DNA from: Eledone cirrhosa
Lineage: Eukaryota
Length of the DNA stretch: 64,000 nucleotides
NCBI GenBank assembly: GCA_964016885.1
Contig: OZ024742.1
Location: 175,336,001-175,400,000, forward strand
Reading direction: 5' to 3'
The notes beneath the pieces are model-generated. The model was not told the DNA's origin, did not search any database, and saw only the letters and a list, made by a program, of their open reading frames with translations. This document shows positions 41,916 through 55,589 of this stretch, piece after piece. The position numbers were made by a program, and so were the translations under genes. Position 1 is the first letter of the stretch. Each line of letters starts with the position of its first letter.

Positions 41916-42398
41916 TGTCTTATATATATATATATATATATAATAGTCTCTTACAATAAATGTCAAATAAACCTGGCTGCTATTTTTAGTGGTGTAATTT
42001 TGTGAGACACCTTAAGATACCATGTGCGTTATTATATATACCACACTATTCAGTTCCTTAATATACTTAGAAGTGTCTAGGATACTAATTTGTCCTATAT
42101 ATATATAATATATACATATATATAATATATATATATAAGTATATAATATATATATATATATTATATATAATATATAATATATAATATATATATAATATGT
42201 AATATATATATAATATATATAATATATAATATATATAAATATATAATATATATATAATATATATAAATATATAATATATATAAATTATAATATATATAAT
42301 ATATATAATATATAATATATATATATAATATATATAAATGTATAATATATATATATAATATATATAAATGTATAATATATATATATATATATAATATA

Positions 42399-43628
42399 GG
42401 TATTGAAGTTTCCGTTGAAAATTGAAAAAGTCAGAGGAATGAAGAGTGCTCTATGTAAGTTACAGAGCTAAATATTTAATGTATAATAAACAATAAAGTA
42501 TAATTAGCTCATTACCAGAGGTTTCCCGAATAAGACGAATACAAGAAACGTCCGCATTCGTTTGTCAGACAAGGCAATTTAAATCATAGTGAAATATTTT
42601 AAAATATCTCCTCAAGAAAGGCAATAGTTTAACAGGCAAAAAAAAAAACAATTAACAATTTCACATATTTTACTTCCCCCTCACTTGTGTTTTTAACTCC
42701 AGATATTTTCCGTTATCCATCAGCTGCTTTTATGTATATTTATTTGCGTATATTTTGCACCCATTTATTCACACGGCTGGTTTTATACACATATGTGTGC
42801 GTATGTGTGCATATATGGGTATACGTGTTTGTATATGTATACGAACGCATTCGTAGGTGTGCGTGTATGTGTAAATGTGTGTGTGTATGTGTGCATTTAC
42901 GTATACGTGTTTTTTTACATGTATATATATATATATATATGGTAGCGTGTGTGCGTGTGATTGGATGTGCATGTATGTATATATATATATATGTATCATG
43001 TGTATGTATGCGTGTATGTATGTGTGTATGTGTATGTATGCTTTTGTGCATGTTTTTTTGTCTGTACTTATATATATATATTTCTATATATATATATGTA
43101 TGTGTATGAACTTGTTCGCATATATGCATGTTTTCTACTTTTTATTTTTTTTTTTTTTTTTCTAGTGTTACTTTATACCCCTCCCACTTACTTTTTCTTT
43201 GCGCGTGTGTTTATACGCGTGCGTGCTTTCATCCTTGTATGTGTATATATTTCAACCCTGAGTCTGTATGTACGCTAACTCCATTATCTTGCAATTCCTT
43301 TTTCACCATATATATACGTATTTGTGGTCAGACATACACTAATATATTTGCCCTCACGTATGTACTTACGCAGACATTTTTTCACTATACACATGCATTT
43401 GTACATACACACACATGTACATTTATACACATCCCCTTACTTTTGATTTTTTATATATTTCTCTTGTATTACTTTTATTTATATTTTTTGGGCCCGGTAA
43501 ACTTGAGGAGATATTTTTCAAATTGCCTTGTCTGACGAACGAATGTGGACGTTTCTTGTATTCGTCTTATTCAGGAAATCTCTGGTAATGAGGTAATTAT
43601 ACTGTATTGTTTATTATACATTAAATAT
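42399..43628. mobile_element. PLE-terminal relic with inverted arms (about 42470-42616 and 43502-43628)
   Basis: Arms are imperfect reverse complements. The left arm has an extra ~70-bp extension. Flanks are (TA)-rich. Confidence 0.7.
43521..43598 (+). ncRNA. Type I hammerhead-like motif (mutated inverted copy at 42502-42579)
   Basis: AATTGCCTTGT / CTGACGA / ACGAATG.GGACG..CGTCTTATTCAG / GAAATCTCTGGT / A / ATGAGGTAATT; 11-bp stem I with G-U pairs. Confidence 0.6.
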
Positions 43629-43679
43629 ATATAATATATAATATATATATATAAATATATAATATATATAAATATATAG

Positions 43680-43908
43680 TATCGACTTGATCATCTTGAC
43701 CGACCAGTCGCCGCTGGTCACAGCACGTCGTACTGTTTTATCCCTTAGATAACGTGATCCCACTGGCTGGGCGGGCAGGCCGGTACTCATTTCTACAGCT
43801 GAGTAAACAGGAACAAGATGAAATAAAGTGTCTTGCTCAAGGAAACAACACATCACCCGGTCCGAGAATTGCAAGCCCAACGCTCTAACCACAAAGCCAT
43901 GTGCCTTC
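43680..43908 (-). mobile_element. tRNA-headed SINE family B
   Basis: Reverse complement reads GAAGGCACATGGCTTTGTGGTTAGAGCG..CCTTGAGCAAGACACTT. Confidence 0.8.
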
Positions 43909-44279
43909 ATAAATATATAATATATATAATATATAATACATATAGAAATATATAATATATAGAAATATATAATATATATATATATATATATATAATATAT
44001 AGAAATATATAATATATATATATATATATATATAATATATATAGATATATAATATATATTTATTAAAATAAAAGTTAAGCAAAGAATAACGGGATCTTCT
44101 GAAATATATATAATATATATAAATATATAATATATATAAATATATAATATATATAAATATAAGGCGATGACACACGACCGTGACCTCTGGCGTCACGCAG
44201 TAATACAGCGTACCACACCTCCCATGGGTACAAGCTGAAGCATATAGACAATATGCCCCCACACCCTCCCACTGCAAGG

Positions 44280-44526
44280 TGGTCGTGGAGGCAAAAAAGC
44301 ACCCAGCCCACACTGTAAAGTGGACGTGTAGGCGCCACGAAAAAGCACCCAGCACTCACTATAAATGAGGTTGGTGTTAGGAAGGGCATCCAGCTGTAGA
44401 AATCAAGCCAAATCAGTTCCTGTATGAGCAAGGCATGGTCAGCCGACCAGACACTACCCACAACAGGACAACCTGTCTAACCGATGCTAGCATGGAAGAA
44501 CGGACGTAAAACGGTGATGATGATGA
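44280..44526 (+). mobile_element. SINE/RTE-type 3' segment with (GAT)n tail
   Basis: GTTGGTGTTAGGAAGGGCATCCAGCTGTAGAAA..GCTAGCATGGAAGAACGGACGTAAAACGGTGATGATGATGA; related sequence at 36906-36963 (+) and at 59040-59130 and 62890-63055 (-). Confidence 0.7.
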
Positions 44527-45485
44527 TATAATATAAATAGTTTTCAAAATTCACATTCAATAAAAACACCAGGATGTTTTCATTCTGATGACTGAAAGCA
44601 GATTTGTTTGCTTTCAAGAAACCACTGGTAAATGAAATAATTCTCTTATGTTGTTTATTACATAACTAATATATATATATAATATATATATTTAGGTTTG
44701 TTGGTTCACCACTGGATAGAATTGGTCATTCCGTATGGTCGATCTCAATGTAATATTATGGAGAGTACTCAATATAATGCAACGTAATGCAGCTCACCCG
44801 TCTTCGTTTGTGTAGTTGGTGGTGCGGGTACGGAGTTAATTATTATAATAAAATAACAGGAGGCTGGACTTGTGTAAATCCATGAAAGGTTTATCATAGT
44901 ATAATAAACCTTTCAAGGATTTACACAAGTCCAGCCTCCTGTTATTCTATTATAATATTATATAATATATATATAATTGATTCAGAGAGCAAGTCTTAAT
45001 GCTGTGCAATTCTTTTTCTGTGGGGCTGGTTAATCTCTGAATCAATTACAGGAATGCATTCATCATTACTGACCAACATACAATCTGACTTCCTGATGAA
45101 GCCAGTCCAGGATATACCCAAATGGTTACAAACACTGGTGGACAATGCTGGTACCTATGTAAAATATTAACACTGTACTGTACTTCTTTCATTATACTGT
45201 TCAAAATAAAACATGTTTTATGAAATTTGACCAATTATAATTGGTCAAATAACTTTATTAATAATTATTAATAAAGTTATTAACAATTTCAAATAGGGAA
45301 TTTCTTTTCATCAACCCTGTATATATAAGTTATTTGTTTGAAGCATTGTAGGATACAAAAAGTCATTATTTCTTGGAAGCTGCTACTATACAGTGGGGTT
45401 GTAAATATTGAGGCAACAAAATCAAATGAGAAATGAGAGAGGAGGAAGAAAAACAAGAACCAGATATAATGTTAGCTCAGAAATA

Positions 45486-46507
45486 CAGGCTGTCCATAAA
45501 GTCTCTTTACAATACAAAAGCCAATGAATAGACAAATATGTGGAAATTATAACAAAATGATGAGTAGATATTGAAAATTTTTTAATTAATTTAATACACC
45601 TCTATATGGGCAGCATTAGTTGCACATCAGGACGGTACTCAATTTCTTGCCATGCTTGCTGTAGCATAGCCTCATAAATGGGGGCAATGGCCACAGTGAT
45701 CTCTTGCTTTAAATCAATAATCTCCCGCATCTTTGTTTGATACACAATAACTTTAACATAACCCCATAGAAATAAGTTCAGAAGAGTGATATCTGGTGAA
45801 CTAGGTGGTCAGGAAATTGGGCCATCACTTCCAAACCACCAGTCTGGAAATGTTTGATTTAGGAACCCACGAACATGCAGTCCCTAATGTGGTGGTACAC
45901 CATCTTGCTGGAAAATGATGGTTGATTGAAGGTCATCTAGTTGTGGTGCCACATGTTCATCATTTATCATTTGGCTCGAGTGCCTGTAAGATTTGAACTT
46001 AGTAAGTGTACAATCGCAAGTTCTTGTGTAGGACTTTTTGTATTCTTGAATGTAGCAGCTGTAACTGTCTAGCAGTAGTACGGATGGACTTTGTAGAAGA
46101 ACGCTGAAAGGCTTGTCTTACACGATCAATGTTTTTCTCACATGTTCTTGGTCGCCAACTCCTCCCTTTATCCAACACTATTCCTGTCTCCATAGATTTC
46201 TCATGCCATGCACGAATTGACGGATGTGACATTAGATCTCTTCCATACTTAGTTCTGTAGTTTTGCTGAGTCTGCATATCCAATTTTGTTTCAATAAACC
46301 ATTGTGCCTTTTCTTGAGAAGTCGCCATTTTTAGGGGTTCATTTAACAGTACCTCTTTCATCAACAGGATACCTGAAATACACAAATGCAATGTGATTAA
46401 AAACTTTGATAATTACTGAGTACATAGAAGAAATCTGATTAAGATATCTCATCAATTTCCTTTGTAGTATATTTTTTAAATTGTAAAGAGCCTTTATGGG
46501 CACTCTG
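45486..46507 (-). mobile_element. Tc1/mariner-superfamily DNA transposon, internally deleted
   Basis: TA-flanked imperfect TIRs CAGGCTGTCCATAAAGTCTCTTTACAAT and ATTGTAAAGAGCCTTTATGGGCACTCTG; HTH remnant MATSQEKAQ..RPRT..KSIR; catalytic remnants IFQQDG and PPSSPDIT..FLWGYVK. Confidence 0.9.
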
Positions 46508-49125
46508 TATATATTAGTCCCTGTGTATTTCAGATACCCATCCTTTATGAACAGGTCCATAGGGAACATTGGAGGCATACAAAGGTTCTCTCTGACATTC
46601 TTCAAGTTTCACAATATAATTCTTGATAACTAGATTAGTTTTCTGTGTTCATACATTTCCTAATAAGAATAAATACTTTAGTTAAGAGGGCCTTTGGGAA
46701 ATCTGTTAACTTATTTTCTAATCACAATATAAAATATTACATCAATATTTCTGATAATCTGATCTTTTAAATACTTTGATACCATAAAGCATGAAATTGC
46801 CCTTGCTTCTATGATATAAAGTTGTCTATATTAAAGTGTTTATATTTATCTAAAAGTCTTCTATCATAATTTTATTTAATAACCTTTATTATGTTATTTT
46901 CTAAGTAACAGCTTAATAATGAGAATGTTTTTTATATTATTTAATACTTCAAAATTCTTGATTATTTACAAAATTGATTTCAGAATTATTTGGAAATTAT
47001 AGGCAGTGTCTTTCACTAGGAAAGTGGTAATGAATGGGTTAAAGTACAACTAATAATACAGTATTTCTATTACCTGTCACAAGGCATATTTTCACTACAA
47101 TAATTAAATTCTTTTGTAAATGAACTTTGGTCGATTTTCATTATGTGTATTAAAACACATACTGTATGCATGATTTACAGTGCATGTCGATTTTTTTAAA
47201 CTGAATTGTAACAAATGTAATTCTTTTTAGCTATTTTATTATAGAAGTTACATAAAAGAATTTATTCTTCTATCTTATATGATTTAGTTTACATGGCAAT
47301 ATATTCTGTTAATCTGTGACAACACTACTTCATATAATTTAATGTACCCGGATGTGCAATAGTAATATACATGAACAGTGAAGCATAAATGAACTGAGAG
47401 AGAAATTAGGCATAGGAGGGATGAGATGCAGTGTGCATTGGTATGGACATGTGATGCGTATGAAGGATGTCAACTGTATAAAAAGGTGCATAGCGCTCTA
47501 ATTTGTGGAAGCTATAGAGTGAGGTGATAACAGCTGACCTTGCAACATTGCATCTCTCAAAGGCGATGAGACAGGACTGTGATTTCTGGCAGTATGCGGC
47601 AATACTGAAGACCTGTCTTGCCATATGCATGGGCTCAGGCATACATCTAGTATACACCACCATCCCTCCCACTTTGTAATAACCCCACCCAAGCCATAAC
47701 ACCCAACCCCTAGATCTACCTTCCCAATTGTAGTTATTAATAATAAGCCTGAAATTAATGCATATAACATTTCACAACTGTAATATCACTCCTTCATAAG
47801 CAGCCTATGAACTTTTCAGCCCACCCTCGTGTTTCACATGATTTAGTGTACATAGTAATATATTCTGCTGTTGATCTGTTACATAACACTATCTTATATG
47901 ATTTAGTGTACATAGTAATATAAACCTTCTGATAGGAAACGTTATATTAATTACTAATGTAACATATATTATTGAATTATTTCATTGACAGGTATAACAA
48001 TTATAGTTTACAAAAGAAATAAATTATTATAAATTAATTAGAGAAGATAAAGCAAAGAATGAAAAGAGATGAAAAGAGATGTACAAGGTGTGCTGTGGTT
48101 TCTCTCTAAAGATATTTTAGGCAAGCCAAAACATACAGTGCATTGCTACAGGTGTTAGCACAGCTAAGCCTAGGTAAAGAGAGCCACCGACAATGATAAA
48201 ACCTCATTGTTAGTGGCTCAGCTCTCATAGTGGGTGGAAATTTGTTGATGTCTATGGCCACATCCTTAACTGTATGCCACTAAATCTCAAGTACTGGCTC
48301 CACTATAGAGGAATGTGAGCACAGAAGACACTTTAATTATGCAAAAAATATTAATACAATTTCTGCCACATGTTTTGTTTGAGCATATGCAACTAAATGT
48401 CTTCACCTTTTTATCTGGACAGAAACATGGGTGCAAATTTTGGATGGGTGCTTGAATAATTCAAGAGGGTGCTACACTCAGCAATGAATAGAGAACCCTG
48501 TCAGACACTTGGGTTGAATGCCCCCTCAAACAGCCCTGATATGGTTGCGTGGGACTTCCACACTCTTTACCATCCCCTCTGTATGCAATTGGCCAGCTGC
48601 CCCCAAAACATCTCAAATGCCACAGGGTGAAATGTAATTTACCAATAAATCAGGTTTTAATTTAATCAGGTAGTAATTTATTCCATTCAGCTACATATGC
48701 AGTTGTTGCCACCTTCACTGTAACCTCAAGGATGTGAGAAGGAACAAAGAGTTCCTGAGAGATGTGTCTCATATGAGGCATGTACCTCTTGTCCATGGAC
48801 AAAGGGTAAGTCCACAGGGTTACTTCCTATCCACTCTGGACAACATGAATAACTCCAGTTTTAAGAGGGCGTTTATGTTCAACTAGGTGTTGCTAGCGAA
48901 ACAACCAGCAATTAGTGATAATCCATGAAGACCCATGGAATCAAGGGTCTTTCCACATTGACATTCTATATATAGATGTTAGAATATTTCAAGATTGTCT
49001 TTGTAATCTACGCAACAAATGTAATAAACATTATTAGTATAAAGTTTAATACCTCTGAAATAAATTAAGAAAATAAATTCAATTAAATTTCATTGCCATC
49101 TTGTCTTTAAAATATATATATATAT

Positions 49126-49305
49126 AATTGTTTCTACGTTAGGCACAAGGCCAGCAATTACCCAGTGTATTACTGGTACTTTATTTTATCGACCCCGTAA
49201 GGATGAAAGGCAAAGTTAACCTCGGCGGGATTTGAACTCAGAATGGCAAGGGCCGTAACTCTAAAGCATGGCATCCGACACTCTACCAATACTGCCAATC
49301 CACCA
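49126..49305 (-). mobile_element. SINE family A, young-looking copy
   Basis: Closely matches 40622-40806. Confidence 0.85.
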
Positions 49306-49674
49306 TATATATAATGTAATGTGTATGTATGTGTATATATATTTGTAATGTCTGTGTTTATATATATGTAATGTCTGTGTGTGTGTATATATATACATAT
49401 ATAACGAGGGATGTGTGGTAAGGAACCAGATGGACCATAACGCATCACAGTACTCAATACTTAGGGTAGTAAAGTGTGTAATAGGAAAATGTTTACCACC
49501 GACGGCAGAGCTCAAGTCGAAATGGCTTGAGATCTGCCGTCGGAGTTAAACATTTTCATATATATATATGTTATGTGAGTAACTTTTTTTTATTTAACAC
49601 TTTAAATTGTAATTGTTTCTCTATGTACATCCTGTTAGTTTCTAAATTGATATATTTCTATATATCGTTTAAAA

Positions 49675-49719
<45 letters not shown>

Positions 49720-50072
49720 TAAAATATATCAAATTTTGTAGTTACTAGATGTGTATAACCTAAATAAATGTAAATTTTGCTGTTTTAAAATAATTATTAT
49801 TCTATGTGCTTTCCTTTTAATAACTAACAAGTTTTAGTTACATTACTTTTTATATTTTTATGCAACCTGGATCTTTTTAACACCTGCAGTAAGAACTATT
49901 ATTTTAAATGATATCAAACTGTTTGATTGTTCTATATTAATGATAATCATATATTGAAGAATTCAATTATTTAAAAATTACACTTCCAAATATGGTATAA
50001 TTTTAGACTACTATAAAAATATATAATTTCCTTATAGTATTGATTTTTAGGAATTTTTTTTTTTGTCTTCAG

Positions 50073-50144
50073 CAAAGACATGCTCAAATGCAACTTCCCC
50101 CTGAAGCAATTAGACTGGCAGAACTGCAGGATTCTAGTTTATAA
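50073..50144 (+). CDS. Candidate terminal coding exon of an unidentified host gene (QRHAQMQLPPEAIRLAELQDSSL*)
   Basis: Strong acceptor (T-run followed by GTCTTCAG), protein-like 23 codons, AATAAA near 50204. Upstream exons were not found. Confidence 0.35.
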   Translation, partial: QRHAQMQLPPEAIRLAELQDSSL

Positions 50145-51197
50145 TTGGAAATAACAATCAACATCAAGAGTTTCCTCTTTTGAAATTTAATTAAAATCTA
50201 TTGAATAAAAAAGGAAACTGTTATTCATTAAAGAGCTATATGCTTCCATAGACATGAATATGACAATTTAATATAATTTACCTGCACAAATAATTAATGT
50301 GTAGAAATTGCTATTTTAAAGCCATGTTTAAATCCATGTGATTTGTGTGAACAATATAGGGAATGAGAACACTTGCAGCTGGAAGGGGCACATATGTGGA
50401 TATGTGTGTTGACCGTGTGTATGTTTTTATGTACTCTTTTAATGAGAAACTAATTTCTATGTCATTGGTGCAACCAATATTACCCGGACACTGTACACAA
50501 CACCAATAACAAGCCTTGTATAATGCCATCTTTCCTTGTGAACTTGATATGTTTCATATCCATCATAGGGTCATTTGCAAGGCAACATTTTACAGCTGGT
50601 TGCCCTTCCAGGGGTCAAAGCATTTAGTTGCTTCTTACAACATGTAGGGGTATGGTGTGCTTATTCTATACCATACACACATAACATGTTCCCAAAACAC
50701 TTTGACATGTTGTTTTATCTGACTGTAACCTAGAAGTATTTAGTCAGTTGTCTCTATTCACAAGGATTATCACATCAATGTCCTTCTATTATTCATTTTC
50801 TTTCTTTTTCTTTAGGATATTATGCTCCTCGAGCCTCTTCAATTTTTTAAACCCTATTAATACTAAACAACTGGAAACCACCCCTGGTTCTATAATACTA
50901 ACAAACCTTCAAAGTGTTCATATTTATCTAAAAACATTCCATCATAATTTTCTGTAAGAACATGTAGAAATTTATGTACCAAATATATATATATATATAA
51001 GTAGAAGCGGTATTTAATTTGTTGGAAGTCCGACAAATATAAATGTTTATAACTGATTTAGAGCACTCAACAAATAACTGTAGTAAATAATCAATGATAT
51101 TAAATAAATAGAAACTATATTTATTTATCCAGTGAAATTCCAACCGATAAGGTATGATTTCCATGGGTATGTCTCTATTTATAAAACAAACTTTGTA

Positions 51198-51259
51198 TTT
51201 TATCTGATGAAAGCGTACCGATGTGTCTTGGTACCCTTGAAATATCTATATATATAAAA
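51198..51259 (+). ncRNA. Hammerhead-like motif, imperfect at the cleavage junction
   Basis: TTTTAT / CTGATGA / AAGCGTACCGA..TTGGTACCCTT / GAAATATCTATAT / A / TATAAAA; stem I is out of register by 1 nt. Confidence 0.5.
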
Positions 51260-51460
51260 CTGACGATGTCTGTCTGAGTTTGAATCCATAAAACTCGAGA
51301 ACCACTCAACCGACTGTTTACAAACTTTACACATGTAATACTTATGTTTCAGGGAGTGTTCTGAGCAAATACAAATTTCGAATTTACAATGCCCTAGGGA
51401 CCGCATTAGGCGATTTATCGATCTCTCTCTATAATTATTAGTCTTTCTCTTTTTAGATAG

Positions 51461-51900
51461 ATACATATATATAACGTCGCGCCCTTATAATATATGTCTG
51501 TATGTCTGGCTGTCTGCATTACGTCACTTCCTACAATTCGCTCTGCTTCCAGAACGCACCCTTATAATATCTATCTGCATGTCTGGCTGTCTGCATTACG
51601 TCGCTTCCCACAATTCCCTCCCCGTCCAGAACGCGCCTTTATAATATCTGTCTGTATGTCTGTCTGCTGCCTCTGGTTATTCTGCCACCCTTGCTCAAGA
51701 CAAATCTCACACTCATTACCCAAACAGTTGGTAAGTGCACACATCTTCCTCCTCACGTCTTAAGCCATGGTGTTGCTTAATTATGTACCACCAGACCCTT
51801 ACTTCTTTGCCAGCCGTGGTTGTGGCAATACTGAGCTTAGCTAAAGCAGTTATATATTTCAAAATACCTTATCCCATGCAACGCCGGGTACCACTGCTAG
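51461..51900 (+). mobile_element. Non-autonomous Helitron-like element with internal ~78-bp tandem subrepeats
   Basis: 3' end CCCATGCAACGCCGGGTACCACTGCTAG followed by T (GC hairpin plus CTAG); subrepeats at 51482-51665; 5' end uncertain. Confidence 0.65.
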
Positions 51901-51953
51901 TATATAATAAAATAAATATGGTTTGATAAATATAGTTTCCATTTATTTAATAT

Positions 51954-51999
<46 letters not shown>

Positions 52000-52276
52000 T
52001 TATATATATATTGTTATACTTTGGGAGGGTCATGTTGGCAACATGACCCTCCCAAAGTATAACAATATCGGTTTCAACACACGATTTCAGATAAAGAATC
52101 TTGCTAAACAAATTCAGAAACGAAATATATATATATATATATATATATATTAGGGTAAACATTGATGCAATTCAATTCAAGCACTCAACGTACTTTTTCC
52201 ACATAGGAGTGACGGAGTAAATATTGAATAAGGAAAAGCGAAGTAGTTTCAGATGTTCAAGTTCTTTAATAATAAT

Positions 52277-52350
52277 GCTGTGATATATATTTCAGTGACG
52301 ACACTGGTCACACTGTTCTGTGCGCGAGTGTCGTGTCATCATCAGACAGC
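52277..52350 (-). ncRNA. Type I hammerhead ribozyme motif
   Basis: Near-exact reverse complement of 53460-53533, with the core intact. Confidence 0.8.
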
Positions 52351-53459
52351 TTGTTACATAATAAGGTTATGTTTCCGAGGCAATCCAAATTGGATCGACA
52401 TGGGAACGGATGAATTGCGTGTTTTGGGGTTTTTCATCCGCTCCCTTGTGAGTACCAATTCACCCCCACCGGCCTGCGCAAGCGCATGTCCGAAGGAAGT
52501 TGACTATTAGCCACCGCAGATTTCAACGAAATTTGCTTAGTCAGTTCACCCTGTCAGCCAAAACAATGGTCCACCAATGCCTGTACCATATTTTACTGCT
52601 ACCCATCATGGCTGGGGCAGTCAGCCGAGAGCCAGAGGGAGATGGGAGAGTGTTAGTTTTTACAGGTCATAATACTACCCCTCACTAAGCGTTGACGGTA
52701 CGACTGACCATCACCTTATAAGGGAAAATAAACTTATTCTAGGTATCATGGAAATTAGGACTGTGTACCAGATTGACTAATGCCTGGAGCCCTGTAGTTA
52801 TAATGTACGGCACTGTTGTTCAATATGTGGATGGAGTAACTGTGAAACTAGAATGCCTCTCAGAACATATTACTTAAACATCTCTCTCCATATTATTTAC
52901 TCACTTCAGTCTATATCTTTACTCACCTCAATCCGAATTATCACCTGAAAAGAATTTTTTTAATTCTTTTTTTTAATTCTTTAATTTCTAATTTCTGATA
53001 TTTGATTTAGGATTTTAATTTTAATTTCCAACTCCCAATCTTAACTTCCAATGTAAAACCATGATATCTAGAATAAGTTTATTTTCCCTTATAAGGTGAT
53101 GGTCAGTCGTACCGTCAACGCTTAGTGAGGGGTGGTATTATGACCTGTAAAAACAAACACTCTCCCATCTCCCTCTGGCTCTCGGCTGACTGCCACAGCC
53201 GTGATGGGTAGCAGTAAAATATGGTACAGGCATTGGTGGGCCATTGTTTTGGCTGACAGGGTGAACTGACTAAGCAAATTTCGTTGAAATCTGTGGTGGC
53301 TAATGGTCAACTTCCTTCGGACATGCGCTTGCGCAGGCCAGTGGGGGTGAATTGGTACTCACAAGGGAGCGGATGAAAAACCCCAAAACACGCAATTCAT
53401 CCGTTCCCTTGTTGATCCAATTTGGATTGCCTCGGAAACATAACCTTATTATGTAACAA

Positions 53460-53533
53460 GCTGTCTGATGATGACACGACACTCGCACACAGAACAGTGT
53501 GGCCAGTGTCGTCACTGAAATATATATCACAGC
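53460..53533 (+). ncRNA. Type I hammerhead ribozyme motif
   Basis: GCTGT / CTGATGA / TGACACGACACT..AGTGTCGTCACT / GAA / ATATATAT (palindrome) / C / ACAGC. Confidence 0.8.
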
Positions 53534-53614
53534 ATTATTATTAAAGGACTTGAACATCTGAAACTACTTCGCTTTTCCTTATTCAATATATATATATATA
53601 TATTTATATATATT

Positions 53615-53686
<72 letters not shown>

Positions 53687-53690
53687 CATT

Positions 53691-53722
<32 letters not shown>

Positions 53723-55589
53723 TGTACAATGCAAAGTGTCTTTAACCATTGGAGAACAAGGTTAGCAAATATAAAGTTGGTGGCCCCTGGTACTTGCAGA
53801 GTTCCTAGTTTCTTGAGGGCCTCTAGTCCCTCTAGGACTCATAAGTGTTAGCATAGTCTGCCTCATAAATAATACAGCCCTGAATCTTGTTAAAATAACT
53901 ACAGACATGTAGAAATGATAACGTATAGTTGAATATATTATGTCTATGAAAGGCTATGATGTTCACAGCTGGAACAGATCTGATCAAAGGTCTGCAGGAT
54001 CAAGGATAACATGGAAGTAACAACATCAAAAGCTGAAAAGCTATTAAGCCTATACACATGAGCGTTTGTTTGCATAAAATTTGTTACTGCTTACAAGATA
54101 AATAATACTTTTAAATTTATAATAAAAAGCAAACTTGATATGATAAAAGCATTGATTTGAAATGTGACTTTGAAACAAGATTCAGAAGTGTTTACACACT
54201 TGACAAATAAACTTACAATACATATCAGTAGATAGAAATATAATCGTATAATTCTAATATAGACACAGAAAAATGATGCTGCATATATTAAAGCTTCTCT
54301 TTTATTATTCCGCAGTTGACAGCCTAATATTGAAATATACAGTAAAAATGTGTAATCAGCAACATAAAGCTTGACTCAAGATAAACAAGCCAATGAAAAT
54401 TTGATTTTATGAGGAAGCTGAAATGATATATATTTGTTGTAGTATTATATTACTGCATCATCAGTTTAGATTTAATATCCATACCAATTACATCACTACT
54501 CTATTTGGTACACTTAAAATGCTATCAAATAAATTTAATACATGTCATAATATTTGTGATCAAATTTTAATTACTTATATTATTACTCTAATGAGGAATT
54601 TAATCCCTTATTCTGTCTGCAATAGTCAAAGTAGCACCATAATTCTCATCAATATCAAGACAATATCTAGAAGCTATGTTACTAATTTGTTACTACTTTT
54701 GTAGCACTAAAGATGAGGTCTTTGGAATCATTTGTAACTACATTCTTGGTAATTATCTATTATATTGAACTTGTTATATTTCATCATGTTGTTATATTGG
54801 TCATGCTGGAAATGGAATGGTACAAGTAGGGGATTGCAGAGAAAACTCACAGTGGTTGGGGTAATGACAATTATGAATTTTTTAAATGTTTAATCCCAAG
54901 TTGTAACAAATCTTTATAGAAAGAGGGTGGTAACAGTGTATGTGTGTGAAAGAGAGAGAGAGAGAGACAGAGAGGGAAAGAAAGAAGCAGACAAAAGAGT
55001 GGAAGTGGGATAGTGACTACAACAAATATATTTTTATTTTTAATCCCACATTGTAACAAGTCAAGTCTTTATATTAAAGAAGAAGGTAACAGTCTGTGTG
55101 TAAGAGATGGTGGACATGGTGGTAGTGGCACCCCCTCTCATTTTCTAATAATCCTGGTCGATTATATTACATGTGGTTGATGGCTGAGAAAATCTTGTCT
55201 GATCACCCTGGGATAAAACAGGTGAAACTCCAGAGTTACAAGACTTACTATTTAGCCTTGATAAAATGTATGTGTGTGTGTGTGTGTATGTATATATAAC
55301 TTATGAATAAAATATTTTAAATATCATATTGATATTTAAAACTTGATGGCTGTTTTTAATTAAACTGGATTTTCCATGGATTTACCTTAACTTCCTGTAA
55401 TAATTTAGCAGAAAATGTCTGGAACAGGTGTGTTAATTCAAATATTTATAATATCTTTACTAGTGGACAGATCATTGTGAAAATATGTAGTATTAAAATT
55501 ATGTCTGTTCTATTTAATGTGTATATCTTTATACCAAGATAAATTGTTCATACTATTTGCTGGTTACAACTCCTGGCAGACAGAGGTAT

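Larger units (their letters stand above)
52150..53590. mobile_element. Non-coding PLE-terminal element with ~530-bp inverted arms (about 52220-52750 and 53060-53590)
   Basis: Mirror-image ORF pairs in the track confirm the inversion. The left arm has a ~70-bp extension. Flanks are (TA)n and each arm has an HHR. Confidence 0.85.

Noticed and set aside
52150-52156. TTAGGG at the tail end (also 59929) as a telomere-priming signal
   Set aside because: It is a single hexamer partly formed with flanking TA sequence, the insertions are in (TA)n, and no telomeric tracts occur.
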